From a virus: a stretch of DNA of 43,314 nucleotides. Position numbers and translations under genes: made by a program. The stretch's first letter is position 1; the number at the start of each line of letters is the position of its first letter. Below, piece by piece: positions 8,101-16,600 of the stretch. The notes under the pieces were generated by a model. The model was given only the letters and a program-made list of their open reading frames with translations, was not told the DNA's origin and did no database searches. The stretch lies in the IMG/VR virus record IMGVR_UViG_2713897325_000001, positions 1 to 43,314 of that record; one strand, 5' to 3'.

Positions 8101-10367
8101 ACATGTCTGAATTTTACACGCTGTTAACCAATGGCGGCCTCGCATACGAGACGCTGTGCAAGGCCAACGGAACGCCTATCAAGCTGACGCATCTATCCGT
8201 CGGCGACGGCGGCGGTTCGGTGTACAACCCGGATGCCACGGCCAAGGCATTGCGCCGCGAGGTATGGCGTGGCCCGATCAATGCCCTGATGCAGGATGCC
8301 AAAAACCCGAGCTGGCTGGTGGCTGAGCAGACGCTGCCGGACGACGTCGGTGGCTGGTACGTGCGCGAGGCCGGTATCTGGACTGATACGGGCATTCTCT
8401 ATGCGGTGATCAAGTACCCGGAGTCCTTCAAGCCGGTTATCAGCTCGGGGTCTGGAAAAGAGTTTTACCTGCGGGCCATTTTTGAAACCAGCAACGCCGC
8501 CAACGTCGTGCTGGCGATCGATGACACGATCGTTAAGGCGACGCGAGCATGGGTTGTCGACTACGTGGCCAACGAGCTGGCCAGGCTGGATGCAAAGAAG
8601 TCAGTTCGGGCGGCTACTACCGGCCCTATTGTTCTGAGCGGTGCGCAGACGGTCGACGGCGTTCCGGTTGTTGCCGGTGACAGCGTCGGTGTTTTCTTCC
8701 AGGCAAACGCAGCCGCCAATGGTATTTATGTCGTGGCGAACGGTGCCTGGTCGCGCCGCTCTGACGCGGATCTGAGCGTCGAGGTAACGCCTAACCTGCT
8801 GGTCAGTGTCGAGGAAGGTGCCAAGTACGCCGATACGCTCTGGCAGTTGACGACGAATGCGCCGATTGTCTTGGACACTACAGCGCTCGCCTTCGAGCAG
8901 ATCGCCGGGCCGAACGGTGTTCTGCCTGGCTCGTATCGTCAAGTTACGGTGGATCGTCGAGGCCTGGTGGTTGCGGGTTTCAACCCGACCACGCTGGGCG
9001 GGTACGGCATCGCCGATGCTTACAGCAAGAGCGAGATCGATGCGCGGGTCGGGACGCTGCAGGCCAAGCTTGGCTTTACTCCCGTGCAGCAGGGCACCGG
9101 CACGGGCCAGTTGAACAACCTGATTAAGATCGGCTGGTCAGGGGGTGCGATCAAGGCGACCGTAGATAACTCCGACATGGGGAATCTTTGGTACTCGGGT
9201 AACTTTGACCCGGCCACAAAGGCGAACGTTGGTAGCACGTTGTTTGCCTACGGAATCACCGATGCCTATACCAAGGCAGAAACCGATGCACGAGATGCGG
9301 CTCGCCCACTTGCGGACAGCATTACGAATATAGGGTTTGCGGGTAATGACCCGGCTTCGCCTTATATGCGACGCACCGCTGATAACGCTGTGTACCTGCT
9401 ACAGTCAAAACTGCAATACACGCCTGTTCAGCAAGGAACTGGAATAGGTCAACTTTCGAACGTTATTAAGATCGGATATTCGCAGCCGGGTAAGGTCAAG
9501 TTAACGGTCGATAATTCCGACTTCGGAACAATCTGGACGTCCGGGAACTTTGACCCTGAGTCAAAGGCGAACGTCGGCACCACGCTATTCTCTTATGGCA
9601 TTGTTGATGCTTACACGAAAGGTGATGTTTATACCAAGGCAGAAACCGATGCGCGAGACGCGGCTCGCCCGCTTGCAGACAGCATCACGCATGTCGGGTT
9701 TGCAGCTAACGATCCTACCCAGCCTTACATGCGGCGCGCCAATGACGCAACCGTGTACTTTCTGCAGTCGAGACTTCCGTACACGCCTGTGCAGCAGGGG
9801 ACCGGCGCAGGACAGACGAGCAACCTTGTCAAAATAGGGTGGTCGTCGGGCGGGCTAAAGGCTGCTGTCGATAACACCGATTTGGGCACGCTCTGGTATT
9901 CGGGAAACTTCGACCCGACCAAAAAGGCGAACGTCGGTACTACGTTGTTTTCTTACGGCATTACCGATGCGTATACCAAGAGTGAAACCGATGCTCGGGT
10001 TAACTCTCGCCCTATTGCTGACTCAATAACGCATGTTGGCCTTGCCGCTAATGACATTACTGCGCCTTATCTTCGGCGTGCGTCCGATGCTGCGGTTTAT
10101 TTTTTGGTCAGTGATCTGAACCTTGGGCAAAAGATTGCGAACTTGGGCCTTACTGGCGTTGGGCAATATGCGTTTGCGCGAGTAATTAACGCATACGGAA
10201 ACTCGATTAACCAAGGCACGTCAGTACCGGGCTCTAACCTTCTTTTCAGCTCTACTGCTGTAGGCGACGGCACAAGCGGTAACTCGGGCACTATCGGTAT
10301 AGGTGTTTGGCGCGCCCAAGGTGCTTTTAACAATACAGAGCGCACGCTCTTTCAACGAATCCAGTAG
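8097..10367 (+). CDS. Tail fibre protein (P2 gpH-like N-terminus, repeat-containing shaft)
   Basis: The N-terminal ~120 aa (SEFYTLLTNGGLAYE...KLTHLSVGDGGG...WYVREAGIWTDTGILYAV) is the conserved baseplate-attachment domain of P2-type fibres. Start is GTG 8097 (GTGA overlap with gpI) or ATG 8103. Confidence 0.88.
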   Translation: MNMSEFYTLLTNGGLAYETLCKANGTPIKLTHLSVGDGGGSVYNPDATAKALRREVWRGPINALMQDAKNPSWLVAEQTLPDDVGGWYVREAGIWTDTGILYAVIKYPESFKPVISSGSGKEFYLRAIFETSNAANVVLAIDDTIVKATRAWVVDYVANELARLDAKKSVRAATTGPIVLSGAQTVDGVPVVAGDSVGVFFQANAAANGIYVVANGAWSRRSDADLSVEVTPNLLVSVEEGAKYADTLWQLTTNAPIVLDTTALAFEQIAGPNGVLPGSYRQVTVDRRGLVVAGFNPTTLGGYGIADAYSKSEIDARVGTLQAKLGFTPVQQGTGTGQLNNLIKIGWSGGAIKATVDNSDMGNLWYSGNFDPATKANVGSTLFAYGITDAYTKAETDARDAARPLADSITNIGFAGNDPASPYMRRTADNAVYLLQSKLQYTPVQQGTGIGQLSNVIKIGYSQPGKVKLTVDNSDFGTIWTSGNFDPESKANVGTTLFSYGIVDAYTKGDVYTKAETDARDAARPLADSITHVGFAANDPTQPYMRRANDATVYFLQSRLPYTPVQQGTGAGQTSNLVKIGWSSGGLKAAVDNTDLGTLWYSGNFDPTKKANVGTTLFSYGITDAYTKSETDARVNSRPIADSITHVGLAANDITAPYLRRASDAAVYFLVSDLNLGQKIANLGLTGVGQYAFARVINAYGNSINQGTSVPGSNLLFSSTAVGDGTSGNSGTIGIGVWRAQGAFNNTERTLFQRIQ
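8991..10121 (+). repeat. Three and a half tandem ~114-121-aa repeats inside the tail fibre gene
   Basis: The unit TPVQQGTG.GQ.sN.IKIGws.g..K..VDNsD.G.lWySGNFDP..KANVG.TLF.YGI.DAYTK.ETDAR...RP.ADSIT..G.A.ND...PY.RR..D..VY.L starts at fibre residues 328, 442 and 563. A partial copy lies at about residue 299. The DNA copies have diverged. Confidence 0.85.
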
Positions 10368-10375
10368 GTTAAAAC

Positions 10376-10912
10376 ATGTCCAAAGTATTAAGCGCTCGCA
10401 ACCCGCACTGGTCGACCCCGGCTCGCACTACCATCGAACTGATGGTGGCTTTCGAGGGGATGGTCGACGTTTATGGTGAATTGCCGTTCACGGCATCCCC
10501 TCACGACCCCGAGGCGCACGGCGTTGATCTGTACGAGCGAGCCCTTGCGGGTGAGTTCGGGCCGGTTCAAGACACGCCGCTTGAGCTGGTGCGCGTGCAG
10601 GTCATGTGCGCGCGCGGCGACCGCTCTGCGGCGGCGACCGCTCGCATTGATGCGCTGGTCAATCAGTACGAGGAGCTGCTCGACGCCGTAGCGCTGAATA
10701 TGGCGACCGATGCCCAGCTCGCGGCCATGCCTGCGCTCAAGGCTGAGATCGACGCACAGCGTCTGTATCGCGTGCAGCTCGGCCAGCTCGACACGAAGCC
10801 TGGCTACCCGCTGGAATTCGAATGGCCGGTGCCGCCTGCCGTTCCGTTCGTGTACGAACCGCCAGCGCCTGAAACTGCTGCAGAGACCGGCGAAACCGAG
10901 CAGAAAAAGTAA
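10376..10912 (+). CDS. Tail fibre assembly chaperone (P2 gpG-like)
   Basis: 178 aa immediately downstream of the fibre gene. The C-terminal segment LAAMPALKAEIDAQRLYRVQLGQLDTKPGYPLEFEWPVPP fits the W..YR..L......WP..P pattern of tail-fibre assembly proteins. Confidence 0.75.
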   Translation: MSKVLSARNPHWSTPARTTIELMVAFEGMVDVYGELPFTASPHDPEAHGVDLYERALAGEFGPVQDTPLELVRVQVMCARGDRSAAATARIDALVNQYEELLDAVALNMATDAQLAAMPALKAEIDAQRLYRVQLGQLDTKPGYPLEFEWPVPPAVPFVYEPPAPETAAETGETEQKK

Positions 10913-10945
10913 CCGCTTCGCCCCCTTCATCTGACAACCCCCAAG

Positions 10946-10967
10946 AGCCGCACTGCGGCTTTTTTTG
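10946..10967 (+). terminator. Rho-independent terminator after the fibre module
   Basis: AGCCGCA-c-TGCGGCT stem followed by TTTTTTGT. Confidence 0.7.
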
Positions 10968-10985
10968 TGCCTGGAGATTCACGCA

Positions 10986-11198
10986 ATGGCCGACACCCTG
11001 CGCCAGAAATACACCGTATTGGTTCCGTTCCCGAAAGGCGGTGGCCACTACTCCCGCAAAGGCGAGGAGCTCGAGCTCCTCGACGTTCAAGCGCAGCAGC
11101 TCGAGGCCGCTGGCCGTATCAAGCTGACTGCTGAGATCGCCGCCGAGGCCGCGTCTGCTGCTCAGACGGCCAAGAAACCCACTGTAAAGGCTGACTAA
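10986..11198 (+). CDS. Small hypothetical protein preceding the sheath gene
   Basis: ATG 10986 with a GGAG about 10 nt upstream; the track's 10965 start is a GTG inside the terminator T-tract. 70 aa. It occupies the position of the small gp38-like (DUF2635-type) proteins that precede sheath genes in some myoviruses, but that similarity is weak. Confidence 0.5.
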   Translation: MADTLRQKYTVLVPFPKGGGHYSRKGEELELLDVQAQQLEAAGRIKLTAEIAAEAASAAQTAKKPTVKAD

Positions 11199-11201
11199 GC
11201 A

Positions 11202-12371
11202 ATGGCAGAAGTAACGAATTTCGAGCACAACGGCGTCACGTTCAATATCACCGAGTCGCCGGACCCTATGGGCGCTCTCGGCCAGAACGTAATTGGCCTG
11301 GTAGGCACTGCGCCAAACGCCGGTCTGGGCATTCCGCTCAATTCCCCGTTTCGCATCAGCAGTGACGGCGCGGCCAACCTGCTGGACCCTACGGGCACCG
11401 AGGCCGGTACGCTGTATCTGGTCGTGAAAAACATCCTCAAGGTCGTGAAGTGCCCGATCTACGTCGTTGTCGTCGAGAAGGGCGCTACGGCGGCCGACAC
11501 GCTCAACAATGTGTTGGGCGGCGTAGACGTGGCGTCGGGTCAGATCACGGGTATCGCGGCGCTGGCTACCGCGCCCGAGGTGCCGACGATCATCGGTGCG
11601 CCTGGCTTCTCGGATCAGCAGGCGGTTTACAGCGAGTTGGCCAGCTTGGCCAAGCGCATCTTTTGCCGCGCGGTCTGTGACGGCAAGGACGTAACCGTTG
11701 CTGATCAGGTCAAGAACAGCCAGGCAATCGGTGGTGCTGACGTCGGCTATGACCGCTGCTACTTCGTTCACCAGATGCCCGCCGTTTATTCGAAGGCGGC
11801 AAAAGGGAACGTATTCCTGCCGCCGTCGAGCCTGGCTATCGCGGCGCTGGCCGCCGTTAAGCCGTGGGAGAGCCCCGGCAATCAGGTCACCTACGCTGCG
11901 GACGTCTCGCGCGTCGTCGAGTACAACATTCTCGACAAGGCTACCGAAGGCGACCTGCTGAACCGCTACGGCTTCGGCTATTACGCGCGCACCACGATGG
12001 GCGGTTTCTCCCTGATCGGTAACCGAACCATTACCGGCAAGTTCATCAGTTACGTCGGGCTCGAGGATGCGCTCGCCCGTAAGTTGATGGCCGCTGCGCA
12101 GATCGTCATGTCGCGCAACCTGACCATGTCGTTCATGAAACAGGAAGTCGAAAAAATCGACGCCTGGCTGCAGACGCTGGTCGCTGACGAAACCATTCCG
12201 GGCGGCAGCGTGTACCTCGATCCCGATTTGAACAGTGCTGAGCACTACAAAAACGGCACCTGGTACATCGTGGTCGACTACGGCCGCTACGCCCCGAACG
12301 AGCACATGGTCTACAAGCTGAACGCTAGTGACTCGATCATCGAAGAATTCCTGAACGAGGTGTTGAAGTAA
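11202..12371 (+). CDS. Contractile tail sheath protein (P2 FI family)
   Basis: 389 aa with a typical FI-like N-terminus (GV.FN..ES......G..VIGLVGTAP) and C-terminal domain, followed by a coupled tube gene. Confidence 0.9.
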   Translation: MAEVTNFEHNGVTFNITESPDPMGALGQNVIGLVGTAPNAGLGIPLNSPFRISSDGAANLLDPTGTEAGTLYLVVKNILKVVKCPIYVVVVEKGATAADTLNNVLGGVDVASGQITGIAALATAPEVPTIIGAPGFSDQQAVYSELASLAKRIFCRAVCDGKDVTVADQVKNSQAIGGADVGYDRCYFVHQMPAVYSKAAKGNVFLPPSSLAIAALAAVKPWESPGNQVTYAADVSRVVEYNILDKATEGDLLNRYGFGYYARTTMGGFSLIGNRTITGKFISYVGLEDALARKLMAAAQIVMSRNLTMSFMKQEVEKIDAWLQTLVADETIPGGSVYLDPDLNSAEHYKNGTWYIVVDYGRYAPNEHMVYKLNASDSIIEEFLNEVLK

Positions 12372-12877
12372 TGTTTACGAACCGTGTAAGGCAGGTTATT
12401 ACCGCCACGCTCCAGGGTTTCCCGCTGATGGCCACCATCGACGAGTTTGATCCGCCTCCGATCGAATTCGAAATGGAAGGCATGCGCGGCGGCCGCTTTC
12501 TCGAGGAAGAGCAGGCGACCGGCATGAAGGCCATGACGGCGAAGATCACGCTGCAGGGCGTTGGTCTGCCGATCTTTCTGGCGATGGGCGCGACGCAGGG
12601 TCAGACGGTGTCTCTGACGGTCAACGAGGCCGGTGTCGATCAGGACGATAACGAGTGGTTCGCGAACCATATCTGCATCGGCAAGCTGAAAAAGATCGAA
12701 GAGAAAACGGTCAAAATGAAAGACAAGCCGGTCACCGTTATGGAGATCGCGCTGCGCATCTACAAGCGCCTTGAGTCGGGCGTTACCGTTGTCGATGTTG
12801 ATACCCGCACACAGCGAATCATCATCAACGGCGACGACATTCTGAAAGGCTCTCGCCGCTTGGCCCTGATGGCCTAA
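12371..12877 (+). CDS. Tail tube protein (P2 FII family)
   Basis: 168 aa with a TAATG start overlap with the sheath gene. Segments FDPPPIEFEMEGMRGGRF, LQGVG and VDVDTRTQRIIINGDD parallel P2 FII. Confidence 0.88.
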   Translation: MFTNRVRQVITATLQGFPLMATIDEFDPPPIEFEMEGMRGGRFLEEEQATGMKAMTAKITLQGVGLPIFLAMGATQGQTVSLTVNEAGVDQDDNEWFANHICIGKLKKIEEKTVKMKDKPVTVMEIALRIYKRLESGVTVVDVDTRTQRIIINGDDILKGSRRLALMA

Positions 12878-12892
12878 CCGCCCCACTTTTAA

Positions 12893-12917
12893 AGCCGCCT
12901 CCGGGCGGCTTTTTGTT
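12893..12917 (+). terminator. Rho-independent terminator after the tube gene
   Basis: AGCCGCC-tccg-GGCGGCT stem followed by TTTTGTTG. Confidence 0.7.
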
Positions 12918-12934
12918 GCTCAAGGAAAAGTAAA

Positions 12935-13555
12935 ATGACCGCTCCGACTACCAAAAAGCCCCGCGCCAAAAGCCGCAAGCCTTGGGTAATGCCCACGCAT
13001 AAGCTGTGCTTTCCGATCACTGTCGACGCCGACGAAGGCGGCGAGTCGACGATCACTGAGATCGTGCTGCGCCCTTTCAGCGTGATCGAGCACCGCAAGG
13101 CGCTGGCCACGGTGAGCGATGACGTCGAGGCGCAGTTTGAGGCCCTTCTCGCACTGGCTACCGGCTATGACGAGGACGTGATCGACAAGATCAAGCGGCC
13201 TGACTTCGTGTCCCTCGGCGCGATCCTGAACGACTACATCAAGCTTCCCGCAAGTTTCTATCTGGAACGGTTGCCAGAAGATCCAGACGTCGTACCGTTG
13301 CTGGTTCCGATAAAGGGTGTGATGGGTCAGATCACCAGTTTGACGCTCGAGGTTCCGGCGCTCAAAGCGACGAAGATCATGCAGAAAATGAAGGGTGATT
13401 ATGAGCCTGCCGACTTCATCAGCGCGCACTGTGCCGGCCTGAGCGTGACCGAGATCCACATGCTGAGCTGCCCGGACTGGACGCAGCTACAGGAACGGGT
13501 GGACAGTTTTTTAAACAAACCGGCGGACTACTTTCAGACCGCGACATCGAAGTAA
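12935..13555 (+). CDS. Tail assembly chaperone (P2 gpE-like), apparently two tandem chaperone domains
   Basis: AAGGAAAAG Shine-Dalgarno. It lies between the tube and tape-measure genes. The two halves (about residues 20-105 and 115-195) both follow the gpE-type pattern (short beta segment ITEIVLRP / ITSLTLEVP ... tG....i..l...D......f). Confidence 0.75.
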   Translation: MTAPTTKKPRAKSRKPWVMPTHKLCFPITVDADEGGESTITEIVLRPFSVIEHRKALATVSDDVEAQFEALLALATGYDEDVIDKIKRPDFVSLGAILNDYIKLPASFYLERLPEDPDVVPLLVPIKGVMGQITSLTLEVPALKATKIMQKMKGDYEPADFISAHCAGLSVTEIHMLSCPDWTQLQERVDSFLNKPADYFQTATSK

Positions 13556-13677
13556 TACTCGATGTGGTTCCGCTGGTGTACCACGTCAGCGAGTCCGAGA
13601 TTCTGGAGTGGGACGCCGAAAAAGCGATGCGTCGGTATGAGCTGGCCATCGCTCGGCTGGGCGCTAAAAAAGGTTAA
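12935..13677 (+). CDS. Tail chaperone E+E' fusion made by a -1 programmed frameshift at 13507-13513
   Basis: The zero-frame codons AGT TTT TTA contain the slippery heptamer T TTT TTA. The -1 frame is open from there to TAA 13675-13677. It encodes ...KQTGGLLSDRDIEVILDVVPLVYHVSESEILEWDAEKAMRRYELAIARLGAKKG, which resembles the conserved P2 gpE' extension. Confidence 0.7.
13507..13513 (+). promoter_or_regulatory. -1 ribosomal frameshift slippery heptamer T TTT TTA
   Basis: An X XXY YYZ motif in the correct phase (codon phase verified from ATG 12935) near the 3' end of the gpE-like gene, upstream of the tape measure gene. Confidence 0.7.
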
Positions 13678-13687
13678 GGGGTGAGCT

Positions 13688-16600
13688 GTGGCAGAACAGA
13701 AATATTCGCTGCGGCTGGCCGCCGTTGATGCGTACACCAGCACGTTCGGGGACTTCTCGAAAAAGACGGCCAAAATCAACGAAGGCATGCGTGAGCAGCG
13801 GGCCGAGATCGACCGGCTTAACCGCGCCGCGCGATCGGCGGATGGTTTCGACAAGCTGTCGGAAAAGGTCGTCAAGACGAAGGCCGCGCTGCAGGCTGCT
13901 CGCCTCGAGCAGAACCGTCTCGGTCGCGAGCAGAAAGCGGCCGCTGTGAAAGTTCAAGAGCTCAACCAGCAGCACGCCGAGGCGAGCGCAAGGCTGAGCA
14001 AACTGTCGGCCTCGAGTCAGGCGAGCACCGCGCAGATCCGCGCCGCTCGAGTTGAGACGACGCGCCTTGCGCGGGATCTCAAAAGCGCGTCGGCCGACAT
14101 GGGCAAGCTCGATACAGCGCAGGACAAGGCCTCGGCCAGCGTCAAGACGTTGAGCGCTGCGCAGCGGGCCGAACGCAACGAGCTCAAGAGTCTGCAGAGC
14201 GCGTTAAAGGGTGCAGGCGTCGACACCGGCAAGCTCGCCAGTGAGCAGAAGCGGCTCAAGACTGAGACTGCGGCCGCGAACAACGCTCTGCAGGCCCAGC
14301 AGGCGAAGCTCAAGGCTGTGCAGGGCGCTCAGTCGAAGATTGACGGCAACCGGGGCAAGCGCGCGGAGTTGCGCGGGCAGATGGTCGAGACGGCGGCGAT
14401 GGCTTATGTCGCAACTCGGCCGATCAACCATGCGATGGATATGCAGACGTCGATGGCTGACGTCGGCAAGGTGATCAACTTCGGCGAGGGTGAGCGCGAG
14501 GCGATGGCCTCGGCCAACTTGAAGCTGGCCAGCGACCGGATGATCGCCTCGTCGGGTATGACCGCGATCGATCTCGCAAAGATCGAGTACGCGGCCGGCC
14601 AGTCGGGCATTGGTAACGATGTCAAAAACAAAGACGGCACGGTCGACCAGAAGGGTAAGCAAGCCGCGATCATGGATTTCACGCGCGACGCGGCGATCAT
14701 GGGTGCTGCATTCGATATCGGTGCGCAGGAAGCCGGCGAAACTATGGCGGGCTGGCGGGCGTCGATGAACCTGAACCGGGCGCAAACGCTCGATCTGGCC
14801 GACTCGACGAACTATCTCGGCAACAGTTTCAACGCTACGGCCTCTGACATTGCGTCTGTCGTGAAACGTTACGGTGCCGTGGGCAAGGCTTCGGGTATGT
14901 CGCCGGAGCAGACAGCGGCGCTCTCGGCGGCCTTCCTCAACCCCGGCACGGAAAAGGAAATCGCCGGTACTGGCTTCAAAAACTTCACTGCAGCGCTGAC
15001 CAAAGGCCAGGCCGCGACCAAGGGGCAAAAGGAAGCCTGGAAGGATCTCGGCTTTGATCCGGTCGACCTGTCGCGAGACATGCAGAAAAACGCGCCTGAC
15101 ACGATCATGCGCGTTTTGAAGGCGATCAAGCAGCAGCCAGTCGCAGAACAGGCCGCCGTGGCCACTGAGCTTTTCGGTTCGGAATCCATCGGTGCAATTC
15201 AACCGCTGCTGCAGAACCTTGGCGAGGTGCAGCGCGCGTTCGACATGGTCAAGGATAAGAGCAAGTACGCGACGTCAGCACTCGGCGCGAATGGCTCGAT
15301 GATGCAGGAAGCGGCCGGCGTGGCGAATACGTCGCGCACCGGCTGGAATAGCTTCACGGCGCGTCTGACGCGTCTGTCTACCGTTATCGGCACCGCAATG
15401 CTGCCCGCTGTCGATGCAGTGCTTGCGCCGTTGGGTAAGGTCGTCGACATGATCGCGGACGCGGCCGAGGCTTTTCCGGGCGTGACGTCGGCGATCGCAA
15501 TTGGTGTCGCCGGCCTGGTCGCGGCGAAGGTTGCAATAACAGGTCTTAAATTCGGCGGGCTATTGCTTGGCCAGGGTCTGAACAAGGGCGGGCTGTTGCG
15601 TGCGAAGCTCGGCGGCGCCGGCAGTCCTGATCGCACTGCTGCGTCGGCCGATCGCGCAAGCAAGGCTGTGGCCAGGCTCAATTCGAACCTTGACCGGCTC
15701 GGTGGCCAGCGAGGCGCTGGTGGGCCTCGCATCACGCCGCGTGCGGCAGGTGCTGCGCGTACTGCCGGCGCGGCGAATCGGTCAACGCGACGTCGTGAGA
15801 GTCGTGCGGCTCGGGCTGCAGTCAGACGTTCGGCTCGCAGTCCGGCCGCACGTATTACGCCGGTAGTGTCGCCAACGCCAGCACCGGCGCCGGCCGCTGG
15901 GTCTCGCTTTGCGGGCTCCAGGGCGAGGATAGCTGCAGCGGCGGCCGCCACTACAGCGGCTGCGGCTGCTGGGTCCGCTATGGCGTCTGGCGGCTCGTCT
16001 ATCGGGTTTTCTGGTGCAGGTCACGTCAGCGCAAGGGGTGGGCTTCCTGCGGCCCCTGACGCGCTTATCCGGCCTGCAGCGGCTTCTGCTGCTGCAGCTC
16101 CGGTGGTGCGGCTTGTTGCACCTGGTGCATCTGGTGCGCCAGGCGCGACGTCGGTCGTCCAGGCCGCGCGCCAGGCTGCTCCGATTGCGACGAGTGCTGC
16201 ACCTGCCGCAATTGCTGCAGCAGCTCCAGTCGCGAGCCAAGCGGCGTCGACCATGTCGGCGGCTATCGATCCTGTGGCGAGCGAAGCTGCAGCGGTGACG
16301 GCTGCGGCGGTGAAGGCTGACCCACCTGCGTGGGTCGGCGCTGTTGAGACGCTGGCCGAGTCGTGGCCAGCCGCCGACGATGAGCCTGGGCACGATCCTG
16401 CAGGCGGCCCGCCTGGTGGCCCGCATCCGCCCGGTGGGCGCCGTGCGAAGCTGAAAAGGATGGGCAAAAAGGGTGCTGCAGCGCTTATGCAGGCGGCGCC
16501 AGCGCTGCTCTCTGCGGGCATGAGTCAGGCCGGTGACGAGGGATCAAGCACGGCCGAGGTGGGCGCTTCTGTCGGGTCGGCCGGTGGCTCTATGGCCGGC

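Noticed and set aside
10737-12305. 522-aa ORF on the - strand (mirror 31010..32578 +)
   Set aside because: It is entirely antisense to the well-supported sheath gene and neighbouring genes. It has an Arg/Ala/Gly-rich composition typical of shadow frames in GC-rich DNA, with no Shine-Dalgarno and no recognisable family.
14204-15951. 332-aa and 250-aa ORFs on the - strand, plus several 80-215-aa ORFs in both orientations within 15600..16800
   Set aside because: All lie inside the tape measure gene. They are by-products of its very GC-rich, low-complexity DNA, which stays open in several other frames on both strands. The TMP frame is the only one with family-like sequence and the correct operon context.
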